63,089 nucleotides of DNA, filler included, from Choristocarpus tenellus KU-1152 (GCA_964200185.2; 10 parts of 10 records of this genome joined end to end with filler, not necessarily neighbours in it), one strand, 5' to 3'. Numbered from the whole stretch's first letter, positions 23,873-37,933 are shown. Notes: generated by a model not told the origin, from the sequence alone. Program-made: numbers and translations.

Positions 23873-25166
23873 TATGAACATCTGGTAGTCATCACCAGGT
23901 TCCACATTATCATCACATCATAGTATATCAAGAAAAGTGGAGGAAGACATAATGCGATTTTCCATCCACCAGGATAAACACTGTTTTGGTCATAAAATCG
24001 TGGTTCATATTGTAGGGGTTTGCCAGATCATTGTCCTAATGGTCGCAGGAGTGAGAATGAGAGTCACCCTGGTTAGATAAACTTATAGTTACTCATAGAT
24101 ACACTGTCGGCGTCGGTAAATAGTCTATGATTGGTTACAGTAATCCAATCAGCTTCCACTCCTCTATGATACAACACTATTTTAAGCTAGACTAGTCAAG
24201 AAACCAATCCCGTGCAGCACCACTCAAAGCAGTGATAATCGTGTGTTCATGGTCACTCCAACAATTCTAGAACTTCTGGCATGGTTGAAGGTGTTCCACA
24301 GATTCCTCTATCCAACATCCAGGGTCCCTCCCATACATGCCACTTGAAAAAAAAATACTATATCCAGATCAGAATTTCAGGTCGCAGCACCAGAAGTAGG
24401 AATACACAAAGAAAAGAGTTTCAGCATCCAAAGACCCTGTGCTGATTCTAATTGAGCAGAGCTAGGTATAGAATGCTGCAATAGAGGTGTTCTGCACGTG
24501 TATGGGCTTGGGGGGAAGAGAAGCAAAATAAATTCCAGTCAGTTCAGGTGTGGGTATGGGAATAACGTGTCCATACCTGTGCTTCAAAGTACTTGTACAG
24601 TGAAGAATTTGTGAAATTTCTGGAGCAAACTGTGTTGGGGTGACAGCGAACAACCTTTGAGGTCACTCTGCAAATCAAGGGATAGAGTATGAGTGTTCCT
24701 CCTTCAGTCACTACTCAAATTGTGTAGTTCAAAGAGAGGTTATCTCAGAGTAGCCTGCAAGAAATATGAAACTCAAGTCCAGTGTGCCATCATAACTTGG
24801 TAATATAGAGTGCGGGTTGTTTTGAAAGCCCAGGGAGAAGAATAGTTAGTCCCAACACAGAAAATCACATCCTTCCTGTGGATGATGTATACCTTCAGGT
24901 CACTTTCAGACCTGTCTCGACCAGATCTTAACTATTGTGCTGTGTGCCGAGTTTGACAAGTACACCTATTCTGCAGATGTTATACTACGTTAATTGAAGA
25001 GTAGCTCCCTGACTAACGTTATCAATCACCCAAACACCGCATTTCCCATCCACAATAACGCGTATGCAAGACTTTTCTCACAGTGACAGATACAACACAA
25101 TTAAATGTCAAGCATGAGTGCTGACCATACTCTATTCATGGAACCAAGCAATGCAAAGGTGGTTAA

Positions 25167-25308
25167 CCATTCGGGGCCCGTTTTTCCATATCGCATTTTT
25201 TTGGTGATTTGGTTGCATGCATCAGATGGATAATGTAAGTTCACTTCTCCTGGTCAGGGCCTGAATGGACACCCTGGTGTAGACCCCCCCCCCCAGATAC
25301 TTTGAGCG
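25167..25308 (+). mobile_element. MITE family B, left-truncated
   Basis: catatcgcattttttggtgatttggttgcatgc...ggacaccctggtgtagacccccccccagatactttgagc. Confidence 0.85.
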
Positions 25309-26659
25309 AACATGTAGCATTTAACTGTGGTACTAGGTCGATGCAAGGGAGCAAGGATTGGCCTTGATATTTCATCATTGATATGTGAAATGTGTAGACA
25401 CAAAATAGAGGGCTTGTACTTTCTCCCTCTCTCTGGCAAGACCCTAGTACCGGTTGGAGGAGGCACATAAATAAACTTGCAAAGTGTTTCGCTTGCCTTC
25501 ATCACAAGAAAACAAAGTATGGATACGAGAGGACCTCAGTTGCTAGGGAATGTCATTTGCTTGGCATTCAGAGAAGAGATAAATTACAATTACAAGTTGC
25601 ACACATTCCTGATAGCCTTACATCTCCAATCAGGAAGCACATAGTAAGTTGATATCACATTTAACTTCACCTACTTCAAACATGAGTATCCCTTCACAAT
25701 AAAAGTAGTGAGTAAAGTGGAGAAAGTTGCATGAACTAGAACTGGCCCAGCAGTAGAGAAGTGACTGTGATATGATGGGGTGCAAGTTCTGATGTACTTC
25801 CCAATACTCAAGAAGTACTCCCATGAAAACCTCTTGTAAAAAATGCACCATTTTATATTGAAGGAAATCATTTTCCTGACCTTAGTGTTGAAGGTAGAAC
25901 AGGAACCTCCTGCAGAAGATCCAAGTTCGTTCCTGTCCTAGATCAAGAGTGGTCTGATTAAATTTAAATATCCATTCAATTAAAACATACATTCCATCCA
26001 GTGTGCATACATGAAGTACAAAAGTTTCAGCTTGAGACCTTCTGGCCACCTTGTACAGTGTGCCATTTTTGAAGTTCGTCCTAGTACAAGTTGCAGGATC
26101 TGTTCAGGTCACATAATCTAATCCACTGCCCGTTAAAGCCATGGCCAAGCCTTGCAGCCTCCCTGGACATTCTACCTTAGTCAATACCCAGTTGATGTTC
26201 CACCAAAAAGTTGGTTGCCTTGGTAGAACCTGCCGACCAAACAACCGTCCACGGCCAGAACAAATCTATCCAAAAAGGCTGTTGTGGGCCTACTTGAATA
26301 AACAGCTCTCCCCATAGGTTGGTTAAAGTTCTCTCCAAAACACACCGACTTAGATAAAGGATACCCAGAGGGAGATGAGGTCGAACTGACCATGGCCCCC
26401 TATTTCCCTCACTTACCGAGTGGAAAACCAAACACCAGCACCTGGGATTCAAGCGGCAACACAATACCTGTTTACATGTCGATGAAGCCTTCAGCCTTTT
26501 ATGGCCCAGATCATCTTTCAGTGCAATGGGGAAACCTCAGGATTACCTTTGTGCTGCATGGGGTTGCAAGACTTTAGACCCTAGCCCATAGGCGCCCAAG
26601 AGGTTTGCCAGCTGAGAGACCAGCAGATCATGGGGACTCTCGACAGCATGGACTGAGGA

Positions 26660-27395
26660 CCTCCAAGCCTCCTCTTCCGGAGATTAGGGATCTGTTTTGC
26701 CGAATTCCCTTATCTATTTTGCACTATTGCCCGAATGCTACACACCTTGGACCTGAGGAGGTTACGAGAATTGCCGCGAGTGAGAATAAGACATGACCAT
26801 CAGGTCTCTAGGTTAATCAGGAATGCATGTGGAGGGGGTAAAAAATGCCCCACTTTCCCACAGAATCCACCCTAACCCTAACCCTAAGCTTGACTCCAGG
26901 GCAATTCCAAGGATATTAACGAGAAAAGACAACTCTTGTAAGGGATCCCACCAATGCCACTGATTGTGTTTGTGTTGCTGCTAGATATCCATGTCCTGGT
27001 GCGGGAATCTTAACCTGATTCCCCTTCCATTGGTGATCACCCGAAGGCTGTGCTTTGGAACATTCCAACTATCTCTTAGGATTAACTAAGATATATCCAA
27101 CGTCCAATTGCTGTTGACATGAAACCTCTCGCCATTTCAGTCCTCGAAAGATCTTCCTTGAATATTTCCAAATGTTACCACGATCTGCTCCAGGGCGCAT
27201 TTCACTCCGCCTCGCGGCCAGACACGCACGACGAGCCTTTGCACGCTCCTACTCATGGCAGGCACCTGGAAGCCGTCATGATCCGGTATAAGGCTAGCGA
27301 CATTCATTTTCAGGGCCGGGCCACGTGGCAAGTGAGTAATTACGCACTCCTGAGTAGGTTCCAACTTCAATGATCACTGTCCTGTTGCCTAATGA
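26660..27395 (-). pseudogene. Strongly diverged fragment of eukaryotic LSU (28S) rRNA, central part
   Basis: The + strand carries recognisable antisense LSU blocks in the right order: ttttgccgaattcccttatcta, gagaaaagacaactct, gggaatcttaacctgattccc, tgctgttgacatgaaacct, ttgaatattt..ccacgatctgc, cattttcagggc..gtgagtaattacgcactcct..ttccaacttcaatgatcactgtcctg. Confidence 0.8.
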
Positions 27396-27399
27396 ATTA

Positions 27400-28150
27400 G
27401 TAAGAACACATATGGGTATCCTCAAATGTACACCTTCTCCATAATTCTGATGTTGGAGATTTAGATCTGCATCGTTCTATTGTTCAATGTCTGACTGAAG
27501 GAACTTTCAAGGTCCAGAAACTGGAGGCATTCCGGCCACGACATCCCATCCAAGGCCTGAACACCCTTTCCGTCTGGTGTCGTAAGAAGTGCCCAAATAT
27601 TAGAGACGGAGAAATAGCTGACCGCACCTTTTCTACTCGACTGTATGATTGGATCCTCCAAAGAAAGTATTTTTCCAGTCTACTCGGTCGCCGAACGCGC
27701 TTTCCAACATCGAGTTAAAGAGCCTCCAGTTTTGAAGTCACGATGATCACAATGCCAGTGTCTGATCCTAGCAAAAATCGATACCGAAGACAATCAGCAC
27801 TATTCCCTTCGTATTCTGGTAGTCCGAACCAAAGCCTGGCACCTGGAGTCCCATCAATCGTATAACCCCTTCTCTTTCACGCCCTGGTCAATTGATTAGG
27901 ATCTTCCTGCTGCGCCATTGCTTCTATCGCCTCACTGAGTGTTTGAGAGTCTCGCTTTTCCCATCACTAGTTCGATATTTGTCGTCGAAGTCACGTTTCA
28001 AGGTGGGCTCTTGGAGTCCTCTCCTTGTACAATGGCAGATGAACCTAGCATCACAAGCTACCTATTTGAGTCTGGCCAGCTAACATGCAAGTCCCAAACT
28101 TCTGTCGAAGGTGTACTCTTGGAGGTACCACATGAAGTTAATCACTAGAA
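27400..28150 (-). mobile_element. Decayed Ty1/Copia RT-RNase H remnant
   Basis: KGAVSYFSVSNIWALLTTPDGK resembles the Copia GGAVSWFSxxQxxVxLSTTEAEY motif. Confidence 0.5.
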
Positions 28151-28436
28151 GATTTAAAACGCAATTAATAGGGAAACTTTATTTGTTTTTGTGGGATATC
28201 TCTCATACACTTTGGTATTTGATTTAGAAATTCTGTAGGAGCAATTGGAACACAATACTATTTTGAAGTATTTCTGGGAAAAAGTAAGAGAGAGAGAAGT
28301 ATTATATTCTGTTCACTATCCATATACGTCGAATTATGAGTATACCCTTAACAGACAAAAGATCCTCCCGAGATTTGTCCGATGTTAGTGAGCAACAAAC
28401 ATCACATCTCCCTTCTGATTGCAAAAGACGAAAAGA

Positions 28437-29003
28437 ATGGGACCACATCCAAGGTGGGCTAGTGTGATTGCTTGTACGTTCATTGTACTTGGCTTCATCT
28501 TGTTCAAGCTTCCGGTGGACCAGAAGATCCATGCGCGAGATGCCGCTGATCGATTGAGAGGAGGTGCTATTGAGACCATAGACGAAAAGCCGTCAAAGGG
28601 GGGCATGGTACGGCTCTCTGATTTGCCTGTCGAACCAGTGAACCATGAGGGAAGTGGGGTCACAAAACAGGTGAAATCTACTTTAAGAAATTGGCGTGTC
28701 GACGGACAGGCTTGCTGGCAACCCTTATCGATTTATTTAGTACAATATACTTTCCACTCCCCAGGAATGACCCCATGCATGTTGTGTCCCCCCTTTCATC
28801 AACTCTCAATGCTGGACCTCATCTCCAAAATTTTATTCAAGGTTATGGTGATCAATGGCCAGGTACCACACCTAACGGGGTTCTCAAGGTCTGTATTTAA
28901 ACCTGGGCAAAGTGTGCTAGAGCACACTCACGAGAAGATGGACGAGGTGTTCTATGTGCAAGAGGGGCAGGGAACTTTTGTGGTGGATAACGTAATGGTA
29001 CAG
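28437..29003 (+). CDS. Cupin-domain protein with N-terminal hydrophobic anchor (exons 28437-28670 and 28842-29003; last exon not found)
   Basis: VNHEGSGVTKQ | VMVINGQVPHLTGFSRSVFKPGQSVLEHTHEKMDEVFYVQEGQGTFVVD contains cupin motif 1, G(x5)HxH(x4)E(x6)G. GT-AG, phase 0. Confidence 0.85.
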
Positions 29004-30499
29004 GTACGGGTAGGATAATAAAATAGTTAAGGTTATAGGTGCGGTAATGCATATATAGTAAAGTCTTACGCGATGTACCCTCAACTGATAGAATACTCCT
29101 GCAGTGCCTTGAGTCAAGGAATGAGGTCACGACATCGTCTCCCTTTGCATCTCTAACACCTTGGCACATGCAGCGATACACGATTTTCTCGTTATTAACA
29201 TCTTGGTTTTTGGCTCTATGTCAGGCAACCGGGGGAACATGCGTGCATGTGCCAGCGGGCCAGCCGCACCAAATCACGAACAACGGCAAGGAAGATATGA
29301 TAGTGCTTTATTTGGGAATATCCAAAGGGTGATAGTGTGTCCTCCATTTACTGAATACGGAGACATCGTGGATGGGGCAGTGGCTGTGCAGGGATCAACA
29401 AGACGAGTCTGGAATTTCACCAGAGTATGGCAGATAGGGTATGACTGGCTCTGAGAATTCAACTGGACTCTCAGTTCCCAGTCTATCTCACTCTCATCTC
29501 ACTCACAGGCGCGATCTCTACGGGATTCGTTTGAGAGATATTTTCGTATCTGTTGAGGTGTAAACCTTGTGGCCTGGGCATCTTTGTGCCCATTTTGGTA
29601 CAGGCTTGACCGTCTCGATGCATTGGGTCTAGAACACACTACCAAGAAGCCCTAGGTTCACACTTACGTGTACAAATATTGTTGGGCCATTCAGTCGTGG
29701 GTTGTAGAGCAGTTTATAGGTCTTCGTATGAAACTGCTCAAAAGTGATTGGTCTCAGAAATAGAGTGATACCTGGCTTTTCCACCTCCTGGCCAAGCATA
29801 ATTGTAGTACATATGATAGAAGGTGGCATTTTGTACAGACTAAGGGCACACTCGCTGCCCTCTGTAAGGTCAAAACCAGTTTGCGTATCGTTGGTGAGTC
29901 CAATTTAAGGTTTCTTGTAGTAGTGTACATGGTAAAGGTCCTAGCAACTGTGACAAACCTTTCTGATGTAGTGACCATGACTGCGCCTTGATGTACCAAG
30001 TAAGTTTGGTCTTTCATTGGCGAAGGAGATGTGACAAACACTTCCTGTGTACAATGCAAGTTCGTATACTGCTGTGGACTTGATTTGTTTTGTCCATTTA
30101 GCCAATGCAGTTGTTTTGATAGTGTTGCATTGCCACTGTAATTACCAACTGGTAGAACAAGTACCTGTATCACACTACGCACAGAACATCTAATTAACTA
30201 GCTCAAATAAAGATTTATATGGATCATTTGATATTTTATAATAAATGCTGTCAGTTTTGACAGGATGATCGCAGGTTTCATCTCTCCTTCAGATACGACA
30301 TTTTATGTTGACAGCATTAAGCGCTGAAACTTATTTCAATTTCACCCCCTTCTCTTGGACCACGAATAGTCCAAGTTTGAAGTGAGGCCTGCCTTGCTTC
30401 TTGCCTTGTCTAATTCTGCTCTGGAGGACTGTACTGTTTAGCAGGTAAGGCAAGCATTCCTCCAATGCTTAACAGGATGATGGACCTCCAGTAGTCATT

Positions 30500-32490
30500 A
30501 AAGCTGGAATTGCGTTGCTTTGGAGGACCCTGTGTTTACAAGCCCAAGACCTCATCCAATGCCTTATATGCAGCGTACAACAATTGTTGGCAAGGACAGA
30601 TTTCGTATGAGATTGAGACAATAAAATCATCAGCAATGATGTGTCAGTTTGAAGATCTAGCTCGACTTACTCAAATCATAGCTACAAAGTGAGCATCTCA
30701 TTTGAACAAACCGAGTGCATCAATTTCCACATCTTGCAGATACACCATCTCAGAAGAAGCCCTTCCTTGGGAGTTGGAAGAACGGGGTTACTTCCAAGTG
30801 AGCAGTGACATGTCATCACATAAGACACAACCTTCCTTGGTGTCAAGAAGTGCATTATCAATCTCATTGCAAAGGAACTTGCTGGCAGCAAAAAACTAAA
30901 TTCTACACATGGCAAATCTTGAAAAAAATGCCCTGCCTGAAAATCTACCCACAACAACAATCCAACACAGGCAGGCACTACTGTGAAACCGCTTCAATAG
31001 GTTGAAAAAAGTTGAAGCAGATCCTGACCAGACATATTTGATCAGTCCAAACAAATATGTATTGTTGTACCCCACACCACACTTACGGCCATTCCTGCCA
31101 CAATCCCTCCCCGTGCAAGCTTGACTTCCTTCATCACATATTTAAAGCCAAGAAGTTTGACCCTCGTGTTGCGTGACACTTATCACATCCCCCAAAAGGC
31201 TACACACGATACACCCTCCAAAATCCACAGCCCAGAGGTATCATTCCCCCAAAAATTCCAAGCAACTCCCATTTGCTCATCGACCAGGTTCTAAGCAAGC
31301 AGTTCATGCCTCCCAGCTCCCTCACCCCTAAGACACAACCACACCAGCAAATATTGACCAGTATCAGCACACTCTTGAACATCCAGGAACACCTCTTCCT
31401 CACTCCCACATTCGGCATTGCCCCTCCTTTCAGGTCCCAATCTGATTTGGGTCCACTGATAAAATAAAAAATACTTGAGCTAACCCATCTCAGTAGACTA
31501 GAAGGAAACAAGCCGTGAGGCCAATTCAAACAAAAAACATCAATGGAGATGGGATCATTGTGTGAAAAAGCAACACTTTGCACCAATCAAATAGCCCACT
31601 TACAACACTCAGTCAATAGGATGTGTTTGTACCAGAACATCCTCTACCACCTCCCTTAATCGTTGCTGGGATTGTGTGCAACAACAACTCACAACCTATC
31701 TCATGTTAATGCACAGTTCTCTTAGAAAAGGTCCCTGTGATACACCACCTCCACACCAATGTACTATACTATTTCCCTTAACTCAAACTGTCTCTTACCA
31801 ATTGCTCCCTCCCCAAAAGCAAGTAGACACCAATAAAAATACAGCAGATAACTTTCTTCCTGCTTTCTATGGTGATATTATTGTTTTGTGTGAACAGGAA
31901 TATACTTTGTCCACTAGGATTTTTCCTCAAAAGCTCCAGATTTTTCACTACTTCCAAGAGGCTGATTCCGGAGAGAAGTTGACCGCCGTCGGACACCATC
32001 CTCTCCCTCCTAAAGGTGCCGGGAAGACCAAGATGTGATGGGGGAGGTGATCGGACTTGTTAAGAGAGAGGCTATACATCAAATGTTTTGTGTTGAGTGT
32101 TGTTACTATACAATACATCAGTATTGTACCACAGATAGCACCTTCAGTTGACGACAACCGGCTAACTCTAAATGCAACAAAAATGTCAAGGGGAAATTCC
32201 CATTCCTGTTGATGACTTCCACTCTGAAGGGCATCCTGCGGGCATCCCTTTATTCAACCACATGGCTCAGCACTCTACACACTCTGTATTACCTTGAACG
32301 GAGAGAAGCCATAGCAACATCCTAGGATAACAGCATGGCTACTTAGTGAGGTAGTACTTGTCAATTTGAAATGTTGCCATGATGTTGGATAGAGGAGAAA
32401 GCAGCTACCCACAAAGCTCCTAGGACAATTAAAGAGGCATTAGTCTTGGTCTTGCTTGGTTACTACAAGCAGCCTTACTCCAACAACTTC
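30500..32490 (+). mobile_element. Highly decayed Gypsy-like gag-pol remnant
   Basis: RT-like traces: CFV..VDDNRLTLNATK..PIP near 32085-32210 and PRTIKEAL..LGLLGYY near 32420-32466. Confidence 0.45.
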
Positions 32491-32555
32491 ATTCCCCACC
32501 GTTTTTGTGTAATCAAATACATGCCAAAAACAAGAGGACACAGCATACGCACAGC

Positions 32556-32752
32556 TCCAATCCACTACAACTAATACATTACATTTGTAATAAACCATCC
32601 CTCCAATCCACTACAACTAATACGTTACATTTGTAATAAACCATCCCTCCAATCCACTACAACTAATACGTTACATTTGTAATAAACCATCCCTCCAATC
32701 CACTACAACTAATACATTACATTTGTAATAAACCATCCCTTCAATCCACCAC
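32556..32752. repeat. Minisatellite, 46-bp unit x ~4.3
   Basis: tccaatccactacaactaatacRttacatttgtaataaaccatccc starts at 32556, 32602, 32648 and 32694, with a partial copy at 32740. Confidence 0.95.
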
Positions 32753-33046
32753 ACAGAAAACCTAAAATATTGCCAAGGATCTAAGATAGAAAGGGTTGCC
32801 ACAAACATTCTTTTTCCTTCACAATGCATCCCTGGGTTCTACGGTATGAAGAATCAAAGATTCAAGGCAGGCGACAAACCAAGACACAATAAATACTTCC
32901 ACCACAGTCGCAAGATATCAATTTAGCACAAATGATCACACTGAAATAACAAATGTTTGAACTCCTCAAAACCAGCTAGGCCACCCCCCACTCTATTGCC
33001 TGCAGAACATCTTTCCCTGCCCTGTATATCACATCTCATTGCATAC

Positions 33047-33238
33047 CTTGGACACTATATCGTCGATTTCCTCCTCCACTGTACTAGCACCTCGTCCGTA
33101 GGAGCTGCTCACGTGGTCATATGCAAAAGCAGAGCGTCCTTTGCTTCCCTCCTCTGGCAAGAGACCCATTGCATCCAGATCGTCCTTGGCTAACCCCTCA
33201 TTCAGGACACGTAATGAAGCCGCACTCACAGTCCATTT
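33047..33238 (-). CDS. Isolated internal exon of an unidentified gene
   Basis: ttacag| KWTVSAASLRVLNEGLAKDDLDAMG...EEEIDDIVSK |gtatgc; 192 nt, open, coding-like composition. Confidence 0.55.
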
Positions 33239-33461
33239 CTGTAACGGACATCAACACAAAACACAGTTACTTATCGACCTTGGATATGTCAGTGGGGGGG
33301 GGGGGGGGGGGGGGGGGGGGGAAGAAAGCGCGAGACGGGGGGAGACAGAAAAACAGGAACGNNNNNNNNNNNNNNNNNNNNNNNNNNNNNNNNNNNNNNN
33401 NNNNNTTAATTAATTAANNNNNNNNNNNNNNNNNNNNNNNNNNNNNNNNNNNNNNNNNNNN

Positions 33462-34055
33462 AAGAAAAAAACGAAAAAAGGGAGAAAAACGAACCCACAC
33501 ACCCCCCCCCCCCGCCCCCAGATACGTTTACCCAGAACAGGCCCAAACTGACAATCCTCTTTCTGTACACACCAGACACGACTCATGCAAGCAAATAAAC
33601 GAAAAAAACAACCTCCCAACAGTCCATATTATTTTTTTCAATTCCTCATCTAACAGTGGGAAAACACTCCCTAACCAACAGCCTTCTTTAAATGTCAAAC
33701 AAATCCCACTCATGCAACCAAACAAACCAATATCCAGCCCTGGAATAACCAAACCCATATCTTTTATTCTTTATCGTAACTGCACGACCACATACATAAA
33801 CCAATAATCCAGTTTGAACAGACTCGAAATCCGACACATGCAAACGTCGAAACTCTTAACCAAACCCAAATAAATGGGTGCATATAGTCCCATTCCTCTT
33901 GCGTACGCAAAGACAGAAAGGAACCTGACCAGCAGTCTTCTATTTTGCTGACACTTCAAATCCAACACGTGCGACCAAATTACACCAAAAAGTGAAAATC
34001 GAAAAAAGGGTGAAAAAAGGACGCCGACACGCCTCCCCCACATACTTTGACCCTG
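33462..34055 (+). mobile_element. Family C element, longer right-hand part
   Basis: Ends gggtgaaaaaaggacgccgacac..cccccacatactttgaccctg, matching 48570-48622. Confidence 0.55.
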
Positions 34056-35073
34056 ACGAGGTGCAGTTTTCTGAGATATTGCACAATACGTAGTAGATCC
34101 ATATCTTCCTGGAAAGTAGTAAACTTGACCGAAAGAGGTTTTTGCGATGTATAGTGTACATTACACAAAAACAATCTGCGTATCAACATGCTTGTCTACT
34201 TTCCCTCTATGTGAGGCTCTTTGTATGGTTGGGAGTCTTGTGTGTGAAGCAAACAACACCTGAAAGTTGTTGAACTATCCCACACTAGACCCGCGGCTTT
34301 TATGGTGCTTTAGTGAAGGATAAAGAACAGCTTGGTGTAGATGAGTAAGGTTAATATTACAGGAGTCTTGTGGTCTCGATTCCGCTGACTCAGCATGTGG
34401 GTAAGACCAGTGCAGACTACCATGCGGGATTTGCAACGTCCACGTGGATAACTAGAAAAGAATCAATATCTACTTATCATACGTGCCATATGTGATATAT
34501 CAACTGATGATCCAATATCAGGTCCCTACCATACATGAACTACCATACATGAACGTTGTGTAGAGCTCAACTGAAATATACGGAAACATATATCTGGCTC
34601 TACCTTTCCTCCATTACTCCACCAGTGGTGTCTGCATCTCCTAATCTACTCCCCCGATGGTGTCTATAGTGTATCAGCAGCGCTATCTACGAACATTAAA
34701 CTCTTGTTTGAACTAGCCTATATACTACAAAGTATACCAAAAGAAAAACCTAAACCTGACCCTAACCCAAGCCCTATCCCAAACTCAAAATTATAGTACA
34801 AATGAGGTTACAGCAAATAGTAGTTCATACAAGATAAACTCTACGCGTGTACTATCTCAAAGTCTGTATATATGTAATATCAAATGGTTGGCTACTTGGG
34901 CTCGTTTTCTGTCAAATGCGTCAGCTGTTCATCTCTGTCATTATTGCACTCGGGGTACAGGAAGCATGTTGATTCGTTGCTGTTGGTTTTCGTCCCATGC
35001 AATCATTATCCTAGTGACTGAGCCATCATCCGTTCACCCTCTACCTTCCTATTTTCCTCCTTCCTCCTTCCAG

Positions 35074-37933
35074 GTGGTGAATATCAGCCGTGACCTTGCA
35101 CTGACTGCAGAACAACATGATGCCAAGACCGCACAGCTGCGTGAGAGGGTGGAAGACTTGGCACGGATCTCCAGCAAGTGAGTTTGCAAGTAATCCGGAG
35201 TAATGCATGGACGAATCAAAATACAAATCACAACAATAAAACCCTTGAGCAGTTGATGAAAACTGTTGCTCTGATGTTGAGGAGGGTAGAGGCCATGTAA
35301 TGATAATTATAAAGTGATGCATACAATTGAAAATCCTATTTTCACATTGAAATATAGGATACATATACCCAGCAACCTCCCCTAATTGCAATCGTTTTGG
35401 CATCACCCAATAAAATTCCTTGCTTCAATCTCAACCAGGCAAGTAAATGTAGTACCCATATTAGCTCAGGACTCTCAGTTTAATGAAAAATTGGAGATCA
35501 CCATTGATCAATTATTGGGAGGTTGGCGGGTCAAAACAATGGTGTGGGGTTTACCACTGAACTTACATGTTAAATCGATCGTTCAGTACAGTCGTTCTGT
35601 TTTACTGACTACACATTGCCACCATATTTTCACCCCAGCTTTCAATCCAAGCTTCAACCTGGTCCAACACCACCGTGTACTTTGAAGGGTTGTGATGGCT
35701 GCATGCAGATTCTGTATTGCAGTAGAGAAAATCCAAATTGCACCATATACAGGATGTTGAACAATTTGAAAATTGAACTGCTGCATGTTGTGCTGAGTAG
35801 ACCTTGATGGGGGTAGCTTCCTTGAGAGTACTTGATTAGTTCCGACTTAGCTTGGTCTCACGCCAAAGAAGTTCGTTCTGCAAGATGTGTTGTAGATATT
35901 TGGGTTTTGAGAAAATGTGTGTCCTTGATTGTGTACTGCTGCCTCAGAACTCATCTGGTGAAAAATGTAGCTTTAAAGACGCCTCCTTTGTTCTGAACAC
36001 TCCTCTTTCACACAGAGGGTTTTATTTCCCTCTCAAAAACGTTTCAGCCACATCCATGATCTCAACACATTGCTGGGAAATCACCTCAGACCCTGCCTTG
36101 AAGGTTTGTCACCAAAAATAACCATCTACTTCAAAATAAATTATTATTGTTGTCTTGGAATACAATGGGACACCATGAGAAAAACAAATATTGCCTAACC
36201 CCAAGCACAAGTTCCTGTATATACCCCTGCTTTTTTCTTCAAGGGCTGACATCGTCCCTCTGCTGTCAAATGCCTTAATTTAAAAGGAATTGATGAGGGA
36301 CTCATTCTCCTCTGGATTCAGAGAAACAAGAGCACACATTCATCTCAGTCTCCGGTCGCATTCATCCATGCTCAACATGTCTTCCAAAAATTTCGGCTGA
36401 GTGGAATGAACATTTGTCATGTTGCATCAAAAATCTCATTTCTGGTCCTCAATGCGGTAAACGTTAATGCTTGCCCTGATAATCCCTTGTCACCCACCCT
36501 TGTCTTGTGCCTGACTTGAGACTTTGTCACTAACTCTCCTCCTGACCAATGTCTCTCACCTACCCCCAATCTTCCTTCACATCTGTCTTTGCCACCCATG
36601 TTGTGTACTTGTTAGACTTGAGGCCAACACAAGCAGTCTCCACAAGAAAGTATCACATGCTGTGTGTGGGACATCCACCCGGGCCTTCAGAGTGGTGAGC
36701 AAGGCGATGTATGATGTTGTCCCACAGGGCCTATTCTCTAAGTTGGGTCCTGTGACTAACCAGCAATCGCAGATGTTGCAGTCGGCAGACACCAATGAGA
36801 AGGTGACATTGTGCGGGCTTAAGGAGGAAGAAGAAAAGGATGAGGTAGGAGATCGGAAAGGTGCAGGTGCGGTAGGGAGGATGGAGATCACAGAAAAGAT
36901 GCAGCAGAGCAGTCACAACGAGACCACCACATTGTCAACAACTTTCAACAGTTCTGGACCATCAGAATCCTTGAGATTGTTAAAGACTACTTCCCCAAAG
37001 ACTGCAACAGGGCGAGAACATGTTTGGAAAGATGTAGTAAAGGTCATGCAATGTAAAGGGGCGATCGACAAAAAGCAACAGGAGAACCAACCAGGGGGGG
37101 ACATTTCACCGTGGAAGAGGTGGCCCAGCCAATGGCTAGAAGGTTGGAAGTTGGGGAGCTCTAACCAGGGGGACGTCAAGACACAGGGAGATAATCAAGC
37201 CAACATTGAAGGGGAAAACACTTTGATGGGAGTGAAGGTTAAATCAGCAAAGCAGAAGGTCGGGTTGGGTAGGAATGTGGACAGGACCTCCAATAGCATT
37301 GGTCGGACTTGGTGGAGGAAAAAATCGAACGAGAAAATTGAGGGGAGCATTGGCCAGGTTAAGTACGAGATGGCTACCCACAGTGAGGAGGTTAGGAGCA
37401 CAGCAAATCCTGTCCGGGAGAGAGACAACACTGGCATGGGTTCCACAGTGCCATTGTTGGCCATGTTAATGGGAAATGGGAAGTACGAGTCAAGACGAGA
37501 ACAAGGTACAGGTAGGAATGTTGGAGATGGTAGTAGGGTCAACCTTTTCAATCGTATTAAGTCATCACTCAGGCCAGTACAGCCCCTTTTGGCGCCTGTA
37601 GCTAAGGTAGTAAAGATAACGGAGGTTGGGGTGCCAGTTGGTGAAAGACCAAGGACAACTCCCTGGAAAATTGGCGAGAACAACAAACTCCATACTCTAA
37701 GCTGGCTTAGGAGGAACAAGAGGGGTGGGGAGAAAGACGACCAAAAGAAGGGCGCAGACAAACTCCTGAAAGGGAAAAACGACTTGAAGGACATGCCAAA
37801 AGGAAGGGTATGGAGCTCAAGGCTAGGCGAACAGTTCATTGGAGCGAGTGGAAACCAACAGATTGGACATATGTCAGAGAACTCTACTGAGGAGCTGCCA
37901 GAAGTGTTAACCTACCTTGGACTTGGGGGTTGA
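35074..37933 (+). CDS. Last two exons (35074-35177, 36616-37933) of an unidentified gene: coiled coil followed by a long low-complexity K/G/E/S-rich tail
   Basis: Polypyrimidine+cag acceptor, gtgagt donor, and a phase-2 match into the 469-aa ORF (RISSK-LEANTSS). No recognisable domain. Confidence 0.7.

Noticed and set aside
23900-26550. Possible retroelement pol remnants here and at 35300-36500 and 43600-45950
   Set aside because: Only faint motif traces; not enough to call family or boundaries by eye.
32556-32752. CRISPR-like array (also considered for 14427-14563)
   Set aside because: Units are head-to-tail with no unique spacers, there are no cas genes, and the context is eukaryotic.
34290-34450. 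tRNA/SINE-like element around ggtctcgattcc
   Set aside because: No cloverleaf, no convincing A-box spacing and no second copy in the window.
37195-37839. 214-aa antisense ORF, and similar shadows at 17707-18198, 9007-9381 and 55941-56516
   Set aside because: These are reverse-strand shadows of real exons with no motifs.
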